The position numbers and the translations under genes were made by a program. A stretch of 61,860 nucleotides of DNA, the filler included, from Choristocarpus tenellus KU-1152 (taxonomy: Eukaryota; Protista; Phaeophyceae), in the NCBI GenBank assembly GCA_964200185.2. It is 11 parts of 11 records of this genome, joined end to end, with 100 filler letters (N's around TTAATTAATTAA, not from the genome) between each part and the next. Parts side by side here need not be neighbours in the genome. Positions count along the whole stretch, not along the records: positions 25,235 to 28,880 come from CAXNAD020018760.1; positions 28,981 to 33,070 come from CAXNAD020016280.1; positions 33,171 to 43,407 come from CAXNAD020003054.1; 8 more parts are not named here. One strand, written 5' to 3'. Numbering within the stretch: position 1 is the first letter of the stretch; every line of letters begins with the position of its first letter. Positions 25,926-39,917 of the stretch are shown here, one piece after another. Under the pieces are notes generated by a model. It ran no database searches, was not told where the DNA came from, and was given only the letters and a program-made list of their open reading frames with translations.

Positions 25926-28900
25926 AGTAGTTGTGAGATCAGTCGGGCTGGTGGACGGAACTTTAAAAATCTGCTGGGCCTACGAAAAACCCTGTAATTT
26001 TGTGAGGTTTATGAAATCCAGAACTGTTAACGATACTAGGCAGGACATTCGAATAATCCTGGAGATACCACCATATCACAACACTTATTTTGTGAGATGG
26101 ATTTAGTCTACACATTCCATAGAACATCAAGGCTTGACCAAAACCAGAAGGTCTGATCTGGAGTCAATTTATTGTTGTTGGGCATACTCCTTCATCACCC
26201 TCTTCAGGCATCGTCTTTACTACACACGTTCTGGAGCATTGGGGTCCCTACATAATAACATCATTACAAGAGGTGCGTTTGCTTGATGCTGGAATAATAG
26301 TGTTCTATTGCAAATTGCAAGTAGTGTGGTGGTAGTCGCTGTATGTGTGAGAGGAGTGAAGAGAGTTTTTTGTTCATTACCGACCATGTTTGAGGTGTTT
26401 CTACGTGTCAGAGTATGATTTTATCTAGTATTCATCAGAGATAATAAAAACAAACCTGGCACAGGTCTTCGATTCCATCACTCACTATCAAGCAAAACGG
26501 TTACGTACAACAAAGTGCATCATACTGCTGAGTGCACTTTGAGTCGATCACTTTCAGGTGACACTGTGTGTATGGCTTGACCAATCCCATCCATACCAAG
26601 ACCGCCCAACAGGAGGACTTCATTTGGTCTTGCCATGTATCCACTCAGGGTTGCAGTGGCAGTACATCCATTGATAAATAAACAAAGCTAAAATTGGGTA
26701 GCCTACATGGAGCGGATTCTTCATCTACATGGGGTGACAAGATCAGATGCTAACACTAAAAGAGAGAGACTAACTACAAGCTTTTCTAATCAGAGAGGAG
26801 TGTTCCAGAGGCAAGATCAAACTACAAATTCTAATGTTGAACTTGTGAAACGACAGCGATTAAGCAAATGGTTCAAGGTGTTGTTATTCTGGAGAAGAAC
26901 GAACAGATGGTGTTACAGGATGCAGGGCAAATGGACTTGAGCATTGATAATCTACCTGATAATAGACGTTGGGAGCAATATTAGTGCTAGACAAGAACAT
27001 AATAGAGCAAAGCAAACTCCAAAGACTCCAACGTTATATGGACACTCGACCTTTCAGAACAATTGATGGCACCCAAACATTTTTGCCTGTTTCGATATTG
27101 AACACTATTGAGCAAGCCAGCATTATTATGTTATTATGGGCCGATTATTGCTGAACGCTCTTGGATAATGTTGGCGCTAAGTGTCACATTATCCTGGTGG
27201 GTGTGGACGACACAAGTTCTTGGTTGTTACTTGATTGTAAGAAAAGACTGACCATAAATTATTTTTCAACTTGGGTGGAGGATGGACTCTGAAGTCACAC
27301 TTATTTCTGTATTCATATAGTACAGTACCTGAGTGACGTAAAGAACAGGGTGTCCTGTTATTGAAAACTGCCCACCTCACAGGCAATGGCGTATGTGTGT
27401 TGGTCATCCTGTGCGAGTGTATGGTATGGGTAGTCAGGTTTTGGTGGTGGTTTGGGTAGGCCGACTGCTGGCTTGTGAGGAAGGTGCCTCCTCACAACCC
27501 GCGATGCCTCAGCTTTGACAGGTTCATCTCCCTCAAGATACAGTCATCCAGCACTCATTGGTCATCGCATGTGTGCTTTATTGGCGCTGTTCAACCAGCA
27601 GGTAATCTAGGACTAGAAACGCATAGCCAGTGGCACACCTCCTTTTTCAAAGAAGTCAAAGTAATTGAGGGTAGGCAAGGTTGTATTACAAGGATCTCGA
27701 AATGACCCAAACATGCCGTTTTGTCTACAATTGGAGAAAGGGCCTCGGGTGAATTGGTGACATTTTGTTTGTGGAAAGGGGGTAATTATTATTGTAGATA
27801 TTATCCAGAAAAGGCATTAAAATGCGTAGGGTGTAGTCATGTGGCGTATCGATTGTTTTTGTTGAAAAAAATTAGAAGCAAATAAAGTTCCTCTACACGA
27901 TAGCTGTGGTATCTGGGTCGACATTGCCTCTCCTTGCACAAAGCTCTTGGGATGAGGTAGTCGTCACTTACTTCGTGACTATATCATACAATGGCCATAC
28001 AAGGAGATACGGGTTGGCAGCTAACTTCCATTATTATCTTGATCCCCCTCACTACCTTTTGTGGAGAGATATTTGATTGTGCTTTCACAGTTGGGACACC
28101 AGATGCCACTATTATTGGTCTGTGGCTGCATGCAAAGCCATTACTTCATATATCTACTTTGAAGTATCGTAAAAGTCGCTTATTCAACTACAAAAACTAG
28201 AGGCCAGGAACGCGCATTAACAGGAGGCAACTCTTCGGCATGGTTTTGGTAAAACAAAGATCACCGAAATGGATTCGTGAGCATCAAGGTTAAGACTGAA
28301 CAAACACATTGTCATACAACCAATACTAAGCGCAGCAGATGAGCAAAATCTATTTTGGGGTGTGTTATCGTCACCGAAATTCACCCCTGCTGACAAGATA
28401 TCCCAGAACTTCAAAACGGCAATACGTCAAATAGTGCATGAAAGACCAATATTTGATCAACAACTATGGGACCTGGTTTGTCCATGCACACACACACACA
28501 CACACAAAATAGGGAGTGATCCCCACCTCCTCCTTAAGTCTGTCAGACTAAAATATTTCTTGTACTTACACCTCATGTAAGTACAAGACCAACGCCAGTA
28601 AGGAGTCAAAGTACATGAATGACCAGTGCACGAGGCAAACAAACTCGAGGCTGAGCGTTCAACAATATGCAGACACTAAACCTATCTGCGACAGTAGCAA
28701 TCATTGCTAATGCTCAACACCCCAATATGGGAGGGGAGGAAAGCATATGGCTATGGAGAGAGGAATATAGCATAGGGTCCCATAAAATGAAGGGTCAAAG
28801 TATCTGGGGGGGGGGGGGGGAGCGGCACCCCCCCCCCTTTTCCCCCCTTCTCACCCTCCCCCAAATTTTAGGGTGATATGNNNNNNNNNNNNNNNNNNNN

Positions 28901-28980
28901 NNNNNNNNNNNNNNNNNNNNNNNNTTAATTAATTAANNNNNNNNNNNNNNNNNNNNNNNNNNNNNNNNNNNNNNNNNNNN

Positions 28981-31037
28981 CTGAGACCAAAGTGGAAGGG
29001 TCCTCTCGCGGGGGGGTGGGAGGGGAAGGGTGTGAGATTGAGCTTCTTCTTGCCCCAGTCCCGTGGAAGCATTGCCTGAGATGGGTCCCACAACGACATG
29101 CTATTCCCGCCCCCTGGGCAGGAGACCCACAAACAAGGTTGCTGGCCTCTGAACTGATCGGGGCAGCCTGCGCACTGGGAACTGATCAGGGCGGTGGAGT
29201 TGTGACTGCATCCAGGCGTGAGAGTACAGGGGAAGGAAGTGGAGGGACGCCTGACAAAGAATCACCACCGGAGGTGGCTATCGGTGAGTATTTGAGCACT
29301 TCCCGTGGGGGTGTGGAGGCCTTGACGCTAGCGCTTCGGGCAGCAATCCGCGAGCAGGGTGGGTGGCGTGAAGGCTCCAGTGTTGGCATCAAACATGCGA
29401 TAGCACGGGCTGTGCGTTGCATTCGCTTTCCCCTGGCTGATGATGGAGACAGCAACCAAGTCCTTGGTCATATCCTCCCCCTAGCCCTGCCCTTGGTGGA
29501 TGACTATGATGCAGCTCACCAGGCCCTGGGCTTCTCATTACTCTTGCACGTGTTCGCCGAGGCAACGACCTCTGAGCTAGCCCCCTACCTCGAGCTCCTT
29601 CACAGGGCCCTTCTGGGCGGACTAAGTTCGTGCCGAGACCCAGTTGCACTGGCTCTGTGCTTCACGGCAGAAGTGAGACTCCTGAGGTCAGCACCTCCGA
29701 CTGTGGCGGGGGAGAGCTTTGCGAGACGGGCGGGGTTGAAGGTCGTGAGAGAGGCTGTGGCACTGGCTGGGCGGGCTAGTGATGTTACGCTTCTTTTGGT
29801 GTGCGTGATAGGCCTAGCGGCAGCAGTAGAGGTGCCTGCTGTGACAGGAGGGTTTGCTTTGTGTGAGCTGCTGCGACCTTTGCTACTGTGCCTGCTGCCT
29901 ATCCTCCAGGTATTGTTTTCCCTCAGTGTGGAGTGTTTTAAGACGTGTTTGGCATGGGGGAGTTGGAACAGACAAGTCCTGTACATGCCCCACGTGTTCT
30001 GTCTTAAGTACAAGTGGGGGACACCTATTCTGTGTTGTCTTCAGCGCGGTGATTATCATTGCTGTAGTACTGTCTTCAGTGCTGTAGTACCGTCTTTAGG
30101 TAGTTTGAGCGCACGCGCGCACGTGTGTGTGTGTGTGCAGGTTTGTGTTTGTGCCCATCTGCTTGGTTCTGTGGCTCTGTTTTTTTATGTTTTGTGTATG
30201 CACACACGAATACTTCGAAGTATGAGTATCTGTAAAATGTTTGAAAAAGGTTGGTCATGCATCATCACTCTAGGACTCTTATAGTAACAATATGAGACCA
30301 GCAGTCAATCTCTTGGTAAATTACACATGCCCCATTGCTACAGAGCCATTGCTACAGAGCCATTGGTTTGCTCAATGTCGCTGATACTCCCCAGCTGCCG
30401 CCATCTATGAGTTGCTCCTCACCTTGAAATCTTCTTTTCTACACTGCACTATTGAACACGACTGTAACATGCCACATACACACTCCCCCACCCCCAACCC
30501 CTTGCCCAATCTCGCCTGTTCTACACTGTGCAGTCCCCTGGAGGCTTTGAAGATATCGATGCCCGCCCAGCTGCCCTACGAGCATTGCTGACACTGTGCC
30601 GCTACTGTTGGCCATGTGTACCATCTCATGTTTCCAAACTCCTCTGCTCTCTGCTGTGGACTTGTGCTGATGCCCAGCGCCACACCATGTCACTCACTCC
30701 CAAAGCCTTGACAGCAGGGAGTGGAGAGGTGGAGGAGATTGGTGGTGAATGTTGTGGTACTTGTAGCCATGATAGAGAAACTGTGAGCATTGATGCGTTT
30801 GCCACAGCTTCCTCTGCAGCAGTGGCAGAGGTTACTCTTTTGCATGCAACAAGGCTAGGCGCGCTGGTGTTGGTATTGAGTGGAGAGGCGGGAAAGTCGG
30901 TGTTGGAGGGTGTGTGTGGGGCTGTAGAAGCATTGGAGTCGGTTGGATTGAAGATGGAGATGTTGGCCAGTTGTTCAGTGGCATTCAAAAGAGATGGGTA
31001 CGAGGACAAAGTATGGAGGCAGGGGACACATTGCTAA
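28981..31037 (+). CDS. TTI2: TELO2-interacting protein 2 (Tti2 family), 5'-truncated; exons 28981-29909 and 30534-31037
   Basis: 'W...IKHAIA...LGHILPLALPLVDDYDAAHQALGFSLLLHV' and 'ALRALLTLCRYCWPCVPSHVSKLL' match Tti2 motifs. The intron is phase 0 (CAG|GTATTG...TGCAG|TCC). Confidence 0.8.
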
Positions 31038-34000
31038 TGTTAGCGTAGTTGTTTGTACTGTTTGTACAGTTAATCCACCAAGAGCTACTGGAATAGTTTC
31101 CTGAGGGTGGTGCTGTAGGTGATGCCTGGTGGGTGGGAGTAGCAGTCGAGAGAGTCTAGTGCAACACTCTAGAAATACTGTGAGGTTGTGATGAGGTTGA
31201 TATGTCCATGGAGCGAGAGATATGCATAGGGTTAGGGTTATCTAGCTCAGTCATACGCTCCTGATTTCTCGGGGACTTGAGCTTGGGGCACACTGGGTTG
31301 TATATACACTATTGGGATATTTATTTGTCAGTCCCTTTTGCTTTCTGCGTCCATGCCCTGTGTGCTGTATCACATGCTATACCCATTAGATATTATTTTT
31401 TTCCCGTTAGTGTGGAAACATAGAGCAGAGCTTACTGTAGATCTCTCATCATCACATTGTCAGTGCGCCTGACACAAGATGAGTTGCTCTCCAGTGCACC
31501 TGGCTGACATGACTGGAAGTGTGTCAATAACAACAGCAATGTAGATACTAAGTCAAAAGATAGTATGGTCGTAATTTGATGTGTACAAGTAGTATGTAGT
31601 ATATAGAGATAAGCTTAGAGCTCTCAGTGCAACAATGGTCACAAAATACTGCAATTTGGTTGATGCTGTGTGAAATGAGAACAAAATAGATGTGGTTGGG
31701 CCACATGGAACTGGGTGCATCGTCTCCAAGGGATTCATAAAATCAGAAATCAAGGCAAACAAATCCATGAAGTAGGGTGTAGTACTCAAGTCAGGAGATT
31801 ATCTATGATGCACCACCTGATACATCACACCCGTATGTATTTTTGAAGCAATATCATGTATCATTGGAACTGTGACCAGCAAAGTCGACTTTTAAGGGCT
31901 TCCCCAAGAGGTTAAAAATAATATAACAATGATCATATAAAGTTAAAGCATAGGCTGAGTTGTGCTGGTGTGATTGGAACATGGACAAAATGGAAGGAAC
32001 GGAGTGCCACTGTAGATTTTGTGCCCTCATTTTTTATTTATTATATACATCTGGGTGATGGTTGACATCCCTCTACTACACACATGGAAGTAGCTGCGTG
32101 AACTTTTTGACTGAGAGCTAAGAAGCAAGCCTTCATCGATTTTCCAGTAAAGTCTTAGTTAAAGAAGAACACACTACATACATAGAAGTAGCTATGATGA
32201 ACTTTTTGACTGAGGAGAGCTTAGAAGCAAGCCCTCATCAATATCCCAAGTGTTTCTTAGACAGGGAGGGGCATTCATTGGATCAATTTGGTTGGAGATA
32301 TCCTAACATTCCTAATCCATCAGGTCATATTTTGGTTCAAACCAACACCTGACACTAATGCATTCGTTCAATAAAATGGGATATTTTGCTCTTTTCTCTT
32401 ATTAACCCAGATAAACACAAATATCGGCAACCTTTGCTCCATCAACAACCAACCTGCGGATGGGTATGTCCTCACAAACAGGTACAGAACCCTGCCTGGC
32501 AAACACACGAGGATCAATGATAATATTAAGGAAACACTCAATTGAGTCTGTTCACTCACTCCTCTAAGGGCACATCAAAAGGAATCAATTTTGATGCGCT
32601 TGCTTGCCCTCTTATCTGCAGCGGAGGGTGTTGTGCCTATACCAAGGCGTGAGTCTGAATCATCTGTGCACAATATGCATTATATATTCAAACTCCTTGA
32701 AAAAGCAGTTAGAGTCCTGTCACGACTACTTTTTATAAGTGTATCCTATTCATGAGCAGTAAACTAGGATCACCTTCCATCATCTCACATCAACCAAAGC
32801 AAGGTAACCTGTATGTGTCTTGGTCTATCCCCGGACTGACTGGTCGTCCTATCCATGAGCACAAGAAGAAGAGAGGATACTAATTACTGGATTCTGTGAC
32901 TCAAAGTAACTGGGGGGGGGAGGGGGTGGCGGCTGTCCATTCGGGGCCCATTTTTCCTTGTCACGATTTTAGTGTGATTTGGTTGCATGCATCGGATGGA
33001 TAATGTAAGTACACTTTTCCTGGTCAGGACCCGAATAGACACCCTGGTGTAGACCCCCCCACCCCCCCGCNNNNNNNNNNNNNNNNNNNNNNNNNNNNNN
33101 NNNNNNNNNNNNNNTTAATTAATTAANNNNNNNNNNNNNNNNNNNNNNNNNNNNNNNNNNNNNNNNNNNNCCTATCACATAATCCACCAGTGGTGTCTAT
33201 AGTGTATCAGCAGCACTATCAACGAACAAGTCCCACAAGCAGCACCCCATCATGTCCATAAAATCTCGGCAGTAGTAGCCTACTACGTATGGTTGGTCAT
33301 AGCAAGTGAGACACAGAAAGGAGAAATCAACAGGAGGATTGATTATTGTCGCTCAACACCACTGTTACAACAAGTTCATTCGAGTGCATGCAATTCTTGA
33401 GACGATTGGAATGCCGGATACAAAGCTTGAAGAAATGATAGTGATGTGGGGTGCAGGGGTGACCAATATAAAACAACTCTGCAATTTCTTGGGGGACACC
33501 CTGGGAAGTAAAATACCATCTTCGCCACACGATTGCCCGAGTTACAGACATAAACACAGCAACACACATGGAGTGCAGACCATACATACTACATCCACCT
33601 CGGTCCATGTAGTTGTCCTGATTAGAGCATGAATTCTACATGCCACAAATTGCAATTGCTTTCCACCTGATGGAGTTCCTCCTTAGCCCATGTGACCACA
33701 CAGATATTTAACCACATTCTGAAGTTCCACGTTCTGAGACCTCGAGAGGGATATCATTGCACTGGAAATAATGAGTGCAAACAGAGGGATAAACATTGCC
33801 AAACTGCTAATGAACATTGGTCGCTGAGGGTGCTAAGTGCAAATCAACCCAAAAAGTCCTGAATACCAGACTTCACTTCCATCCACGAGTGACAAATGGT
33901 TCCATCACTTGGTCACCAACCTTCCTCCCACCTTTGAAGAACATCCCTCATATGGTACCCCGCCTCAACTCTTTGATAACCTTTTGTAGGACCTCCGTAC

Positions 34001-35284
34001 TAAAATCGAACTTGCCCATAGTGCTGTGAGCTGAAGGAATTTACGGTTAAAAATTAGAGCAAGTCGGCTAGAAAACAACAATTAATTCGATTGAATGCTT
34101 GGCGCACAATTCTATAGGATTCTACACACTCTTAACAAATTACCAGAAAAATTGCCTGGTCTAGAATTGCACCTAACAATATATTGAGCATTTCTCCTCA
34201 ATGCTCGACCCTAAAATGTGCAGGTGATGCTTAATATGTCAGTTTGCCACAGTCCAAAGCCTTGCTGGTGCCTTTAGTCTCCAAACCAAATGTCCACACA
34301 TCACTGACTGCCAGTCCCGAACCCGTTTTCCTTCTTTATGTCCCCTTTCAACTCAAGAAAATCCTTCGTGTGCCCAGGATTGGAGGTCTGGAAAAGTCAT
34401 TTCTTGGATTAGCCACTGACTTCGAACTATCCAATCCATTTGATCTTGGCCATTGAGAGGTCCAAATTTTGGACAGAGATCAAGCATAAAGACACATTGG
34501 ATGTTCTCCCAATGGAGAAAATTTTGGAAAGTGCCAGAAATCAGCCCTTGTCCCAGTGTGTTTCATTGTCATCCTCTCAAGATGACATTTCCCTCCTTTC
34601 TGCTCACTCTGGTGCTTTAGTTTTCCTCATACATTTCGTCTTCCTTCCCATCATCCTCAGCAAGCGGAAGGGCATATCCGGTTGGTGAGTCAATACCATA
34701 CTCATGACCTAGGTGCTCACCCCACTGCCTTTAGAGTACCTTGTACCCTCATGACTCATAGAAGCGATTGATACAGTTGCCCTGCAGTCATATCGGAGAG
34801 AGACCCCCCTCTGCGTGGATGCAGCCACACATTCTAAATTGGAATACAATCCATCGGAGAAAAAACACCAACTAATCGGACCCTTCAATCTTGACGTTGA
34901 TTATTCCGGGGCGTGTTGGGAAGCACCATTTTGGGGTAGGAATGGAGGACTGTTCGAGTTATCTGTATGCATATTTTAGATCCACGAGCACGAGGACCTT
35001 CAACGAAATCAGTCTGCGTGTAGGTACTGGTGGGGTGAGCAGTGTTGATTTCGCGCCCTCAATCGCACGACGGTGAGCTGCGCGATCTATTCAGTTTCCC
35101 ACCTCTACCCCATGAGTTTGTCTTGCTCACGAATTCTGGATCAATGTAATACCCACTCTTACCCTCACCTCCACTTCACTCCTCATCAACTGACATAACT
35201 CCAATCACTCCATACCACACCAATATCACACCACCACCTTGTTTCCACCCCAACTATGCGGCCAATCCACACATCTACTTTTTA

Positions 35285-35580
35285 CAACAATCCAGCCAAT
35301 TACCTTGTAGTATCCACTCTCAAAGCAACACGGCCAATTTCTGGACATTCGCTCTCCAAAAATGATGCAGTCAATTCGCGTATCTACTCTCCAAAAGCAA
35401 TGCAGCTAATTTCCCTGTATCCACTCTCCAAATGATGCAACCTATCTCCGCATATTCCTGTCCAAAAACGAACCAGTCAATTCGCATGTCCATTGTCCAA
35501 ACGAACGTAGCTAATTTCCATGTATCCACTCTCCAAAACGATGCGGCCAATTTCCGTGCACACCAATTCTCTCAAAAAGT
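35285..35580. repeat. Imperfect ~38-bp minisatellite, ~7-8 units
   Basis: Recurring 'TATCCACTCTCCAAAA.GATGC.GCCAATT'. Confidence 0.8.
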
Positions 35581-36115
35581 CCCACCTCCATCCAAAACAC
35601 TTCAACCACCTCCATCCACTCTCATAGCATACCTTTGAACTAGAAGACATTTACACACTCCGAGCTTGACCTTGCTCCCTTTGTACACATATGCTATCAC
35701 CTTCATAGTCCCACCTCCTGACCCGGTCGCACCCAATCTTTAAGACTCTCTGCTAGACCCCTTGACACACCTAAACTGGGTCCCTCTGGTTAGCCCTACT
35801 ATACACCATAGATGTCCTTGACCTGTAGCTCTCCTCCTTCTGCGTGACTACTTCAGGTGTCCCCATTGACGCCACCCCTGTTACTCCCCCAATCCTTCAA
35901 GAGTTTAGAGCATGCTCTTTTGGTTTCTAGCTGAAGTTATACAGCTGTTCTCCGCGATGCGAATGACACCTGGTCCCTCGTGATCATTTTCCACCTCTCA
36001 TCATGATAAGTGAGATGAACATTACTCTTAACAGAGGAAAGCAACACCATAAAATCATATACGAGACGCCCCTATTACAACATAGTGGGATGGGATGCCA
36101 CTTTCACCAGACCAA

Positions 36116-36386
36116 GGGTGAAAGTATCTTAGAGGGTACGAATTTTGTCCTGTTTGTCCATGTGAGGCTTGGCCTCCCATGGTTTTTATTTGATATTTTA
36201 CCTACTCCAAAAAGTTTCGGAGTAGGTAAAACGTATATACGTTACGAAAAGGAGTGTCCAGACAAGGATATTGACATCTCCTAACAAACATGATAGTCAA
36301 AATTACATCAAAATTACATCAAAATTGCAACATTGGATTTTGGTCCCCAAATGGATGCGGCTGTACCCTCTAAGATAGATTGGTTC
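36116..36386. mobile_element. MITE family B, complete copy, 3-bp TSD CAA. Other copies or ends: 53050-53296 (TSD AAG), 37383-37639 (inverted, decayed), 43271-43407, 36749, 12581
   Basis: Ends G(A/G)GTGAAAGTATCTTAGAGGGTA and TACCCTCTAAGATA(CT)TTGG(C/T)TC. Flanking trinucleotides read directly. Confidence 0.88.
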
Positions 36387-38402
36387 CAAAATAATAGCGG
36401 GTAAACGAAGATCAGATTGCACTTGAGTGGTTCCTTCCCTTTATAAGCTTACCGGGTAAAACACTAAAAAGCAAGTCTTAAAAAATGAATGCCACTAGCT
36501 TGAGCATCTCTGACCATAAAAGTCAATTAGTAAAGATTTCACATAATAACAATGTTCTTGCTATACTTGTAGAACGAACTCATAAATTAACAAATCTGTT
36601 CATCTGCAATTCAATCGTCAACAGATTGTAGGGGTAGACTTTAACACTAGAAGAGACACTAGCGATCTAATGCAAGTCTATTCGTCAACTCAATTATAAT
36701 CAGTCAGAAGAGAGCAATGGCACATAAGTCATACACAGACAATGCAAAGAGTGAAAGTATCTTAGAAGGTACGAGTTTTTCCCTGTTTGTCCGTTTGGGG
36801 CTTGGCTTCCCATGTTTATTTTTAGGACATTTTGGGACAAAGTATTTTAGGGGGGGGTGTCGGCGTCCGTTTTTCACTCTCTTTCGAAATTTCCCTTTTT
36901 GGTGTGATTTGGTCGCACGTGTCGGATTTGAGATGTCAGCAAAAAAAGACTGTTGGTTAGGTTCGTTTCTGTCCTTGTGTAGTAGGTGTAACGGGGATGT
37001 ATTCCACCATTTGATAATCGGGTTTTGATTTGGGGAGGAGTTTGTACGTTTGCATGTGTCAGATGTCGAGTCTGTTCGAATAGGTCTATTGGTTTTTGTG
37101 TGTTGGTTGCGCAGTTATATGATGAAGAAGATGAGGTGTACTTGGGAGGCTGTTTCATTTTTTTTTTGTGTACGACTGGGATTTGGTTTGCACCCAAAGA
37201 GGGTTGCCAGTTAGGGTGTGTTTTGCCGTTGTTTACGAGGAATACAAAAACATGATTTTGTCTGCTCCGGGGTTGCTCTGTTCGTTGGTTTGTTTGCATT
37301 GGTTGTTTATGAAACGATCACATAGAGGATTGTTTGTTTGGGTGTGTTCTCTCCACATGGGCACGACGAACCAAAACATACGGATATAAAGTGTCTGAGG
37401 GGATTAAAAAATATCTAAATGGGGACCAAACACCAGAATTTGGAGTTTGGTGTATATCTGGCTATCGTGTATGTTAGCAAGTGTCGATATCGTTCTTCTG
37501 GACGCACCTTTTCATAACGTATGTATGTTCCTAGTTAAGAACGTTTCAGAGTAGGTAAATGTCATAAGAAAGGCGTTGGAAGTCAAGGACTAAAGGGACA
37601 AGCAGGGCAAAATTCGTGCTTTTTAAGACAGCTTCACTCTGTTTGTTGCTCCGTTTAAGTCTATGACTTCTATTTGTTTGTGTGCGTGTGTTGTATGTTG
37701 TATGCAGTAAGACGTGACTGTTGTCGCTCACGGTGTTAGGGTTGAAGTTGTTGGTACAAGGCACGGCAAAATGTGTCGACGGAATACTTAGTGTGTACGA
37801 GTGTTTTTTGGCCAAATAATTGTTTGTCGTACGTTCTGAGGAAAGTAGTTTGAGGTACACTTTTTCCACAGGTTCTGGGCTGGTGCTGTGGTTAGGGCAT
37901 CGTGGGTGAATTTAGGCATATAATTCCCTACGATTCGAATGACTACACTTGATCGAAACTAGTTCGTCGACGGTTGAGCAAAGAAAGAGGTGGTGCATAC
38001 AGTATTGAAAAGAATAGGGGGAGGGTGCGTGATCGTGTACAACGAATAAACAATGGCTCACAGAAGGACAGGGTATTCATCGCTGCCCTGGGCGAAAATC
38101 ATTTGGGAAGGCTAGCCGGGCGGATGGAGAAGAGTTGTTTGATCGATGTATTATATTTTAGGGATGTAACATTGCAGCAGACATGCTTTTTAAAACAAAT
38201 GATAAGACAGGTCTGATCCTCATCGTGAGTATGATATATGATACGCTGACGACTCTGACCGGTCGCTACGTATATTTTGTTCCACTATCTAAATGCATAA
38301 CTTGTGGGATGCAAAGTGCATGAACATCAGACTCTAACACCATGGAAAGATACACTCATGCATTAATCTGCACTTGAACAGAAAACCTGAACGACCGAAG
38401 TC

Positions 38403-39917
38403 CTATTTCAATTGCTGGGCGGACTCGAAATTGCATTCGTCACCCTTGTCCCACCACTCTGTGAGCTTAGGGTATACCTTGACAAGAAGGTGCCATAGAT
38501 TTAGGTGCGTGGAGTACCTGGCGTTCCAAGGCTCGGGCTTCACGAGGCTCAAGAAGATAGCCTTCTTCGTCTGAAGCGCTTTCACATACTCAGGGCGAAA
38601 TGTATTGCCTGCCCTCCCTCCACGATCGCCGAGTTTCACCTGCGTGGGCCTATGTACGTAGCACTTGTCCCCGAAAAGAAGAGAAGAGGTCCCTTTACCG
38701 GCCTTCGCGAGCCTGAACCCGTGATCGTAAATGACTTGGGTTAGGATTTGCGTCTGCACTCGATATTGTGTACAAGCAGGTTTCGTTGCAGATCGTAGGG
38801 GCTCGGTGACGCACGCCTCCATGAGGGCTTTGGTGATCCCCACATCGGATGAATCGCCAGAGTCGGCCGCGTCATGTGTGACGCAATCCTCCTCACCACG
38901 AGATGAGCTTTCGTTGTCATCGTCGTCCGTCAATGTGAGTGAACATGGAGGTACCGTGCATCTGCCCATTTTGGCAGAAGCGAAGACGTTGTCGAGGAAG
39001 TCAGGTTCTATTGCGCTGCCATCAGGATCAACAGGTTGTTTCAAACGTTTCGTCTGTCCAGCATCCTCTCTCGCCCTCTTTTTCCTAATTAATGTCCTAG
39101 AAACCCGGACTTCTCCCTCCCCGGAAGGCTTGCCCCTCTGGGTTGTGGAACTCTCACGGTTCTCACTTGGCCTCACACCATGGTCGTACATGTTCCAAGG
39201 CACCTTTGCATCATCGTCGCCGCTGCCCACCGAATGGGCGTTTGGAGACATCCCTGTTTCACTCCGGACAGGCGTAGACTCCGAGTCCTTGCCTCGCGAC
39301 CCCCTCACGTCCTCCACAGGAAGTTCCTCTGGACATGTGAAAGAGGACCTGTTGGCTCCGTCCCCCTCGTCTTCGGAATCTTCTCTGACCTTCCTTTTCC
39401 TAATCAGGATCCTTTTTCGTTTCCCTTTTTCCTTCTTGGAAGGCTTCTTCGTGAGGGTTTTGTTACAATCAATATGTACGCGCTTTTCGCTTGGCCTCAT
39501 ATTGTGGTTATAAACGTTCACCCTCTCTTGTGAGTGACAACAGCATACGACTGTCCTCAGCACCATTATGCGGTGTTGTCCGTTCAGAAAAAATAAGAGG
39601 TTGTCTTCGTCATCTATATCCCTCTCGTCACCATTCTTGTCTACGTCGAGGTTGCCGTTGGTGATGTAGGTTGCAAGTGGATCGCCATCAGGCACATCAG
39701 AGGGCACGTTCGCCCTGTACATGTCGGCTTTCATGTCGCTTATGGTCTTCCATCTGTAGCCCATGGAAAAAGGCTGTCCACTCAGGATAGCCGCCAGCCT
39801 ATCGGTAGCGACAACTGGGTCCGGACCTAGCTTGGACAACATGGACTCCACTCGATTGATGTCCAGGAGGTAGGCATTATACCTCTGCGTCATGAAGGCA
39901 GATGTTGCAAGGTCCAT
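38403..39917 (-). CDS. Uninterrupted 504-aa ORF: N-terminal ParB/Srx-like segment, acidic/basic linker, unknown C-terminal domain
   Basis: Longest ORF in the window. 'LLDINRVESMLSKLG...LFFLNGQHRIMVLR' (NGQHR at 39570-39584). The frame stays open upstream to a candidate splice acceptor near 40000. Confidence 0.6.
   Translation of the reverse strand: MDLATSAFMTQRYNAYLLDINRVESMLSKLGPDPVVATDRLAAILSGQPFSMGYRWKTISDMKADMYRANVPSDVPDGDPLATYITNGNLDVDKNGDERDIDDEDNLLFFLNGQHRIMVLRTVVCCCHSQERVNVYNHNMRPSEKRVHIDCNKTLTKKPSKKEKGKRKRILIRKRKVREDSEDEGDGANRSSFTCPEELPVEDVRGSRGKDSESTPVRSETGMSPNAHSVGSGDDDAKVPWNMYDHGVRPSENRESSTTQRGKPSGEGEVRVSRTLIRKKRAREDAGQTKRLKQPVDPDGSAIEPDFLDNVFASAKMGRCTVPPCSLTLTDDDDNESSSRGEEDCVTHDAADSGDSSDVGITKALMEACVTEPLRSATKPACTQYRVQTQILTQVIYDHGFRLAKAGKGTSSLLFGDKCYVHRPTQVKLGDRGGRAGNTFRPEYVKALQTKKAIFLSLVKPEPWNARYSTHLNLWHLLVKVYPKLTEWWDKGDECNFESAQQLK

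Noticed and set aside
26100-28450. Possible Gypsy integrase tail ('WGPYII') or other TE remnant
   Set aside because: Too decayed to support a call.
29910-30284. C-terminal part of the 430-aa ORF
   Set aside because: It is read-through into the TTI2 intron (GT repeats, no homology pattern).
33171-34800. Possible decayed coding/TE sequence; similarly 46500-49000 and 54300-55500
   Set aside because: No recognisable motif.
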